From: Octopus bimaculoides
Taxonomy: Eukaryota
Assembly: GCF_001194135.2 (NCBI RefSeq)
Contig: NC_068993.1
Coordinates: forward strand, 38,456,375 to 38,514,509
Length of the DNA stretch: 58,135 bases
Direction: 5' to 3'
Shown piece by piece: positions 48,898 through 58,135 of this stretch. A program made the position numbers and the translations under genes. Under the pieces are notes generated by a model. The model worked only from the letters and a program-made list of their open reading frames with translations. It was not told where the DNA came from and ran no database searches. Position 1 is the first letter of the stretch; the number at the start of each line of letters is the position of its first letter.

Positions 48898-48900
<3 letters not shown>
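47699..48900 (+). mobile_element. Tc1-type DNA transposon with DD36E spacing (Incomer-like), about 1.2 kb, inactivated
   Basis: Left TIR GGGTTTGGCAAAATAATGGAAACACC (47699-47724, clipped by a gap) and right TIR GGTGTTTCCATTATTTTGTCCAATCCCTG|TA (48872-48902). The transposase runs from ATG 47821 (MTDLLNFQRGQIVGA) through VIFSDESSF and QDDNAP...WPPQSSDLNIIE to a stop at about 48849, with internal stops and frameshifts. Confidence 0.92.
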
Positions 48901-48939
<39 letters not shown>

Positions 48940-50669
48940 CGGGCTTCTTTCAGTTTCCGTCTACCAAATCCACTCACAAGGCTTTGGTCAGCCTGAGGCT
49001 ATAGTCGAGACACTTCCCCAAGGTGCCATGCAGTGGGACTGAATCTGGAACCATGTAATTGGGAAGCAAGCTTCTTACCACACAGCCATGCCTGTTAATT
49101 TTTTATTGTGTTGTATTTGTCAGATTATTAAAATATTTTAAATAATTGTCCCTTAAGTTGTTGTCATCATTGTCATCATCCTCATCATCATCACTACCAC
49201 CACCACCACTACTGCTGCCGTTGTCATCATCATCATCATCATCATCATCCAGTGGCTCCCTTGTTACTGTGTACTTTAACTGTACCACTCTCTCCTGCAT
49301 TGTGCACTCGTATATGCATTCTCTACTGCACTGACACTGTTCTCTTCTTAAATAGTATGTCCAGAAGTGTGGGTTTTTTTATGTTGTATGTATTTGTAAG
49401 ATCTGCAAGTTTTGCATTTTGTCCGTTTTCCCATTCTGTGTTCAAATTCCACTGAGGTCAACTTTGCCTTTCAACTTTTTGGGGCTTGATTTAAATAAGT
49501 ACCAGTTGAACATTGGGACTGACATAGTCGACTTATCCCTTATGCCGAAACCGCTGGCCTTGTTCCAAAATTTGAAATCAGTATTCTTGTAGTGTGATAC
49601 CTCATTGCCACCATCATTTTCTCTCTTTTAAGCTGGGTATCCACTTGTCTTCTCTTCTACAAGACATTTGGTCTTGTCCTTCTATCATACTTTAGCCTCT
49701 CAACATCGAACATAAAATTATCTATCTTGATACTACATCGCCCTCTCACTTAGTCTTGTAAGCTACTTGACAACCCCACTAGTGTTTGTGCCACAAAAAA
49801 AGCAACAAGTACATTCTGTAAAGTGATTGGTGTAAGGAAAGGCATCCAGATGTAGAAGCCATGCCCCAGCAGACAAGCAGATGCTGGAGACCAACACATT
49901 TATCTAGCTCATCAGATCCTATCAAACTATTCAGCTATGTCAGCATTGGCAGACAGACCTTAAACAATGATGATTACAATAATGACGAAGATGATGATGG
50001 CGATGGCGATGATAATGATGTTGATGATAACCATATAAGGTCTTTCCTTGCTGTTGCTTTGTCATAACATCCACCCACACTATTTTTAGATTAGTTTCTA
50101 ACCTTTTCCCAATTTCATTTGTTTTCCTCTTCTCCCTTGCAAATGTCTATCATTTCACTTTCTGCTTTGTTTTGTTTCAGTTTTATTCACCTTTACATTC
50201 GTTTCTATACATGATATTTTTGTAGTCCCACTGTGGGTATTTTATAATAGTTTTCTATTTGCATAAATCTCTCATTTCTTTATATTTGTAATAGATATGT
50301 TTGTGAATCAGATTGTAGGTGGTGTATTCTAAATGCAGTCATTATTTTTCATATCTTTCTCTCTAGTCTTGTTAATTTTTTTTACTACCCAATTAACAAT
50401 GTTATAACTATAAATTATTATGAGAGAGCTTGAATATTCTTGCCCATTACCATATTTTCTTTCTTGCTTTTACTTCTCTGTTAAATATTAATTTAAAGAG
50501 TCTATCATATTTCTTTCTAATCATTTCACTTGTGTGTGCTGAACTGGATGATAAAAACGAGTTAGAGGAACTAGAAGTAAGCTTAGTACTGTGGTGATGA
50601 TGATGATGATGATGATGACAACAACGACAACGATGACGACGATGACGGCAGTGGCAGCAGAGATAAAGA

Positions 50670-50702
<33 letters not shown>

Positions 50703-51249
50703 CAGCAGCAGTGATTATGATGATGATGATGGTGATCATCATCCTTTAACGTCCATTTTTCATGCTAGCATGGGTTGGATGGTTTGACCAGAGCTAGCAG
50801 GAAACTTGCAGGCCAGTCCTCTACACCAGGGTATTGGCCTGTTGTTGACTTTAACACTTCTGCTGTGGAAGATGGGATGTATATACATATACATATATAT
50901 ACACATATACATATATATACACATATACATAGATGTTCAGATGTCTCTTTATGGTGACCTCATTTCTTATTCCGTCTACTGAAAGTCTTATGATAATGAA
51001 AGAATGGCGGCATGTGCAGACCTAACAAGTTGGAAGAGTAGAATAAGTTACTCCTGTCATCTACCACCAATATTTCAAAGAATGCAGATCTGCAGCAGGA
51101 CTTAATATTCTTCTGAGAAGTCATGGATGGAAAGTCAGAAATGCCATTGATAGTGAGATGGCACAAAGAGACAGCAGTTATCTGTGTTGGTAGAGCAATC
51201 ACCTCACACAAACACACACATACATACACAGGAATTTGTGCATATTGTA

Positions 51250-51287
<38 letters not shown>

Positions 51288-51322
51288 CATACATACATAC
51301 ATACATACATACATACATACAT

Positions 51323-51371
<49 letters not shown>

Positions 51372-51566
51372 TAGGTAGATAGATAGATAAAGATTTATTT
51401 TTTGTAATGAGATAAAAAGGAACAAGGCTGTGGGCATTATAGAACATTTATGAATAGAAGGTCTTACAGCATAACTTGGAGCTTAACTATGGTCTATCCA
51501 TAACACTCACTCAGCATTACCTGAAACCTCTGGGTCTATTTGACACTACTGTCGCTCATAACCTCC

Positions 51567-51610
<44 letters not shown>

Positions 51611-51929
51611 TCATCCTTCACTGTGTCCCTGTCATTTTTTCTCGCCCCTCCTTATTTCTTCTGTCCCTCTGCCTCTACCTCTCTCTCTTCTCTCCCCACA
51701 TGACCGGTGTTCGGGGCCAAGCCTGACCTTTCTTTCTTAGTTCTGCCGTTGTCCGTGCAACAACTATATTCTTCCCTGTGCCAGTGAAAACTTGTATCCC
51801 TGCCGTAAGGCTTTACTTCCACACATGCCAGCTTAATTTAATTTATCCTTAGTTGAAAGACACCTGTTGTTATGTCCTGTTATTTGTATTTGTGTAACTT
51901 TCTCCATTTTTTCCGTCCTTGTTTTCATA

Positions 51930-52300
51930 TACATTCGGTGGCACATAAAAAGCACCATCTGAGCATGATCATTTCCAGCTTCGCCTTACTGGCACTTGTG
52001 CCGGTGGCATGTGAACAAAACATTGGACTGACCCCTGTGCAGGTGGCACGTAAAAAACACCATTTGAGCGTGGCCGTTGCCAGTACCGCCGGACTGGCCT
52101 CGTGCCGGTGGCACATAAGAAGCAGTCACTACACTCTCGGAGTGGTTGGCACTAGGAAGGGCATCCAGCTGTAGAAACTCTGCCAGATCAGATTGGAGCC
52201 TGGTGCAGCCTTCTGGTTTGCCAGTCCTCAGTCAAATCGTCCAACCCATGCTAGCATGGAAATTGGACGTTAAATGATGATGATGATGATGATGATCTCA
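51930..52300 (+). mobile_element. RTE LINE 3' UTR fragment with subrepeats and (GAT)n tail
   Basis: GAGCGTGGCCGTTGCCAGTACCGCCGGACTGG...GGCATCCAGCTGTAGAAAC...GGACGTTAAATGATGATG. Confidence 0.88.
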
Positions 52301-52789
52301 ATGTTGAATTTGAAAAACAAGAAGACGTACACTGTGAATGTATTAGATTGACACTCAGAGAAGGTTTAAGATGGCAAAAAGAAATGAGAGGGTGTGATGT
52401 TTTGAGCGTAGCTCTTCTTCAGAAAAAAAGAAAAAGGGAAAAGCCCACACACTCACACACGCACACACGCACACACACACATACATGTGATTGTGTGTAA
52501 CACGTGTGTGAATATTTGTACTCATGCATATAATGACAGGAATATAGTAATTCATATTGGAATCACTAAAATGATTGAGGTTGATAAAGATCACCATCTC
52601 GAGATATTCATTCTCAACATTATTATCTTCATCAACCATCAACATTATCTTTGTCAGCATTATCAGTCTTACATATGTAATTCCATATTAGCAAACACCA
52701 GACTTTGTAATATCTCTCATCATCTCATGTCGTCTTTCTTGCTTTCTGCAGCTGTTCTCTGCCTATCATTGTCTCTATTAAATCATTAT

Positions 52790-53340
<551 letters not shown>

Positions 53341-53939
53341 ACTTATGTAAATGATAATAAAGAAAAACAACAATCAAAAATATTTAAAAAAATCATAAAA
53401 CAAACGAACAAACAAAAAGAGTAGAAAATACAAACCCAAAAAATAACAGCTAAAACCGAGTAAAAAAAAAAAACGAAAAACCTTCCCGAAATATAACAAA
53501 TAACAAAACACAACACAAACATAAAATATAAAATAATGTAAATAAAATCAGAAAAACTTGCCTACAAAATATAAAAAGAACAATAACAAAACAAAATAAA
53601 CACACAAAACAAACAATAAGGAAATGGTTACGTTATTATCAGGAACAATTAGCAGAAGAGGAGTGAAAAAAGAAATTCTTGAGATTTGATTGCCAGCTAA
53701 AAGCCAGGATTAGAGTATAATTAATGGTTAATTGTGGTCATTAGATTGTTACAGAGAGGCACCGCTTCTTTCTACAGAGGAGAAGAATGGTAGCATGCGT
53801 GTGTTTTGTTTTTTTTCTTCTATTTTTATTTGTTTATTTATTTATTTATTATTTTTTTTTTTTTGATGTTCCCTTGAACAAAAATCTGCTCTGCCGTCAC
53901 CATCAACGTTATCACTGTCACCTTCACTCTTACTCCCCT

Positions 53940-54845
53940 CCACCACTACCACCACCACCACCACCACCACNNNNNNNNNNCTATCACCACCACCACCACC
54001 ACCACCACCACCACCAACACTACCACCATCACCACCACTAATACCACCACCACCACCACCACCAACAGCAACAACAACACTACTACAACCACTACCATCA
54101 CCAACACCATCATCACTGCTGCCACCTCTCCCCCACCATGACCACCACGTCTGCTACAACCACCATTACCGCTGCCATTTACCATGGAAGTATCTTTCAA
54201 AAGCCTCTGCGAGGGGAGAAGATAGTAGTGGTGGCGTTGGTAGAGGTGCTGATGTTGGTGTTGCTGGTGTTCGTGTTAGTAGTAGTAGTAGTAGTAGTAG
54301 TGGTTGGTGATTGTGATGGTGGTAATGGTAGTGTTGGTGATGACGGTGGTGGTGGCAGGAGGGGGGCAGTGAGGGTGGTGTTGTTGGTGGTAGTGGTTGT
54401 GTTTGGCAGTGGTGTGCATGGTGTTGTTGTTGGTGATGTTTTTAGTTGTTGCTGGCAGAGTTGGTGAGGTTAGAAAAATTGGCAAAAAAAAAAAATGAAA
54501 AAAATAAATAAATAAAATAAATATTAATAATTGTGCTGTTGCTGCTACTGCTCTCCATGATGATGATGATGATGATGGAGGTGATGGTGGTCATGATGAT
54601 GATGATGTTCATAATGATGGAGATGATGATGATGATGACGACGACGATGATGACGATGATGATGATGAAGATGATGATGATGATGAGGAGGAGGAGGATG
54701 ATGATGCTGAGGATGATGATTGTGAAACTGAAGATGATGACAACTGTGATGAGGAGANNNNNNNNNNAGATGATGACAACTGTGATGAGGAGATGGAAAA
54801 TTTTTGATGATGATGATGATGATGATGATGGTGGTGTGGATGAGG
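53940..54845. repeat. (CAC)n, (GTG/GTA)n and (GAT)n trinucleotide arrays
   Basis: Visible directly. Confidence 0.9.
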
Positions 54846-55242
54846 ATAGCAATATCAATAATAATATTTGCTTCTTTTATTGTTTCTGGTTAATGGATAA
54901 GGAGAAGGGAAGCATTCCATTGACATTTTTACAAAAACGTGTCTGTTGGTCACATTGATACCAACTGAAAGAGGAAAAGGGGGAGAAAAAAAATGTAGTA
55001 ATGGTGAATTCCATTTACAAATTTGTGACAGAGTGCCTAGAAGTTAGAACTGCTATTTAGGGCCAATCAAGGAACTGTACAAATCCAGAATTACCCTGGA
55101 CACCAAGCTTAAGCAACCGATTTCAGTTATAAATACTCTAATTTGCAAGTGCAAGCTCAGAAAAGAGCAATTTACCTGGGTTATTCTTGATACAATTTAC
55201 CTGGGTTGTCCTTGATGTATGTATGTATGTATGTATGTATGC

Positions 55243-55470
55243 ATAGCTGCGCGAAAGCGCATGGTTCATATAGTGAATGGGGAAAGCTTAATCTGCAATG
55301 TTTGCAGTCGTGTATGCTTATCAAGAACAGGGCTCATTAGCGACCAACAGAGCCGCAAATGCAAAATAATTTAGTCCTAGAGCGCACAATATTCCTGAAG
55401 GTCGGCAATGGTCTTCCTCGGTCATGAGTGGACGGCCATCATGTATGTATGTATTTATGTATGTATGTAT
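55243..55470 (+). mobile_element. 5'-truncated LINE end (RTE-type) encoding a C-terminal zinc-finger-like motif, with (ATGT)n tail
   Basis: 55246-55374 gives AARKRMVHIVNGESLICNVCSRVCLSRTGLISDQQSRKCKII* (CxxC-x3-C-xSRxGLxS[H>D]), followed by a short UTR and (TATG)n. Confidence 0.7.
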
Positions 55471-56409
55471 TGGGGAAGACTACCTCTGTATCTGCCCTTA
55501 CCTTCTTCTCTCCAAGCAGACCTGGATCTTGAAAATATTGGCAAAGGTTTGGTTGAAGACTGCAATGTCTTGTCTGAAGTCTGTGATTCTTGTCCATAAC
55601 ACAAACAGTTTCACCATAGCCACCTGACAGAAGATAACTCACTGTCCTTCATGACTAAAGAAAGAGTGGGACCAACCTTCATGGTGGATTCAGTCAATGA
55701 TAGCCTCATCCATCCTATACATGGCAACAATTATTCAACAAGCTAGCAGACACAAGAGATGGTGTTTTTGTACCTGAAGAATTTATCACAAACTGGCTGT
55801 GCTTTCTTGTAGCATAGTCAATCCAGGAATTTCTGGGTGTTATCCACACTCCCTGGACTAGAAGTTCTTTGAAATACACCATTTTCTTCTCACCTTCCTA
55901 GTTTCTCTGAGAACACTACTGCTTGCTCTTACCATTTATCCTTTATAATATGCTAACTAGCTTCATTTCTTTCCTGGTAAAGAGCTGTGAATTCTTGACA
56001 AGGTTCCAAGTGCCAGGTATCCAGCTTTTGTCTTTGCTTGACTGAGGTTTACAACCTCATCAAAGAGACAAGCTATAGGGAAAAGTACCTGACAAAGTAT
56101 CACACATATTTGCTCAACCATCCAGAAATCTTTGCACCCTAGCTCTAAATTTGTAGGTACTGCAATCCCAACCTGTGCTTGCAAATTACCACCAAGTACA
56201 GCAGTGTAAGCCCTTCCTACAAAGGATGTTGGCAGGAGATAAACATCATGGGCAAGGAGAATATTCCAGAATGATGCAATTTTTGAGGAAAGTGGACTGG
56301 TCAGAAAATAATTAATGTGAGTTTTAAAGATATTGAAATGATGAAAGGAAACAGAGAGACATAAGCAAATAGTATTGTAGAGGTGATGAAAATGGCCAAG
56401 AGAGGAAAA

Positions 56410-56645
56410 GGCGGCGAGCTGGCAAAAACATTAGCACGCTGGGTGAAATGCTTAGCGGTAATTCGTCTGTTGCTGCATTCTGAGTTCAAATTCCGCTGAG
56501 GTCAACTTTGCCTTTCATCCTTTCGGGGTCGATTAAATAAGTACCAGTTATGCACTGGGTTCGATATAATCGACTTAATCCATTTGTCTGTCCTTGTTTG
56601 TCCCCTCGTTGTGTAGCCCCTTGTGGGCAATAAAGAAATAAGAAA
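56410..56645 (+). mobile_element. tRNA-derived SINE (family A), full length
   Basis: GGCGGCGAGCTGGCAAAAACATTAG (A-box-like) ... GAGTTCAAATTCC (B box) ... GGGGTCGATTAAATAAGTACCAG ... AATAAAGAAATAAG. Confidence 0.88.
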
Positions 56646-57280
56646 GAGAGTAGAATACACAAATCTATGTATTAGTGGTTGTAGCATACTGGTGAATAAG
56701 TTATTGCTAATTTTCTGATTGGTCTACGATTGGATGTATTTTAGAATATCTTTATATTCAATAGCAGTAGAAATTTCTGCTTGTGTGTGCAACCATTTAC
56801 TTGTGTGTCGCATATCTAGACATGCTCATATATACTTTAATGATAAACTTCTGGTATTATAAACATAAAACAAAACATACAAATCTGCACATATGCATAC
56901 ATACATGCATACTTACAAAAAATACCCTATTGATGTCGTTATTACAATGAAAGAACCATGGATCTTGGTTTTTTGTTGGCAAGAAATCATGAAATAAATA
57001 ATATAAATTTTGTATAGCTGCAACTACTACTACAATTGGTGGTGGTCATCGTGGTATTCGTGGAGGTGGTGGTGGTGGTGATGGTGCTGCTGCTTCTGGT
57101 CATGATGGTTGCACATACATATGGTTGCACACACATCTACTTCCTAACAAGAAGAAATTCAAATAATTAAAAAATATAGCATTGCACTATAGATATGGAC
57201 AATTTTGTAATGTTGGTCTTACATAAGCTTTGGAAAGATATGATGTTATTTAGTATGTACTACGGTTGATATCATTTTAG

Positions 57281-57428
57281 TTAGCCTAGGATAACACTAT
57301 ACACGACAGACTGATGCCATATTACTTAGCCTAAGGTAACACAAATCAACAGCCTCATATCATTTTAATTAGCCTAGGGTAAAAATATACAATATTTAAA
57401 GACAATATTATTTAGCCTAGGGTAACAC
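57281..57428. repeat. Four copies of a 17-bp motif at 43-45-bp period
   Basis: TTAGCCTA(G/A)G(G/A)TAA(C/A)A(C/A) at 57281, 57326, 57369 and 57412. Confidence 0.85.
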
Positions 57429-57466
57429 TTAATGCAATGGATTGTTATATTAATTTACTTTGGGTT

Positions 57467-58135
57467 AAACTGTACCAGGGGCCTGCACTCTCAGGCATGC
57501 AAGGTATGCGCTGCATTCCCTGTGATTTTTTTTATCGATATCATCGGAAAATTAGATAAAATAGTTATTTTTTTTCGAAGAAATTCCATCCAGGTGTTTT
57601 CGAAATATTCTGCCTCCCCTTCCCCCTCTCTCAGTGACTCGTACATCTGCTTTGAGAAGACCACGTGACACCCCCCCTCTCTGTCTCTTTGTTAATGTAG
57701 AATTGTTACCAATCTCGTTCCACTTTCTGACCCAAACAAGAGCAATCCCATAATTCCTGAGTTAGCCAGCTAAAATGGTGGAAGAACCTAGCTGTAAGTT
57801 TGAATTTTTTTTATCCAAAACATCTGTTTGCACTATTATATTTTTGGAGTGTTCTGAAAAAAAAAAATTATTTATGTTATATTTCTTATTTCAGAAGTAG
57901 CTAATTAATCTTAAATTAATTTGACTAACGTTATTTTTACTGTTTTGTTGAAATGACTTACGTGTGTTCTTATATAAAAGTAGCCTTTTTCGAAATGAGT
58001 GTTATAAACGATATTTTGAGAAATAGTTTTTCGGAAAGAGACTTCGATGGAAAACAGTTAATTATAAACGGTGGGAGATCAACACCGAATTTACCTAATT
58101 TGCAAAGCTACAAGAAATTCACGAGACAATTTCAG
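57467..58135 (+). mobile_element. Possible left end of a DNA transposon (hAT-like), running off the window
   Basis: CAGGGGCC start, subterminal palindrome GGTATGC-GCT-GCATTCC, CpG-richer sequence, and ATG 57775 followed by GTAAGT...TTTCTTATTTCAG intron-like signals. No diagnostic protein motif. Confidence 0.3.

Noticed and set aside
57281-57428. CRISPR array interpretation
   Set aside because: Eukaryotic context, 17-bp imperfect repeats, no cas genes, and the spacers share partial similarity.

Overview
This is AT-rich, microsatellite-saturated animal DNA with many N gaps. Its repeat content suggests a cephalopod, most likely an octopus draft scaffold (inference). I could not recognise any host protein-coding gene, rRNA, true tRNA gene or CRISPR array. 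Nearly all long ORFs in the track are artefacts of N-gaps or microsatellites. The real coding remnants are transposon-derived: a complete-length but decayed DD34D mariner with 35-bp TIRs (14028-15257), a second partial DD34D mariner (about 42917-43600), a DD37D/maT remnant (10961-11480), a DD36E Tc1-type element (47699-48900), and several RTE-clade LINE pieces, including an RT domain at 43725-45000. The window also holds at least four tRNA-derived SINE families, a TTAA piggyBac-type MITE and a 425-bp foldback. The most interesting signal is a type I hammerhead-ribozyme-like motif with an intact catalytic core at 40117-40173. Three decayed motifs of the same Penelope-like style lie at 42590-42680 and 52396-52422. 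Other leads are a twin palindrome at 2627-2678, a 43-45-bp periodic array at 57281-57428, an (AAT)n-embedded 550-bp element present twice, and a SINE flanked by 63-bp direct repeats. None of this was checked by computation or database search, and coordinates of decayed repeats are approximate.
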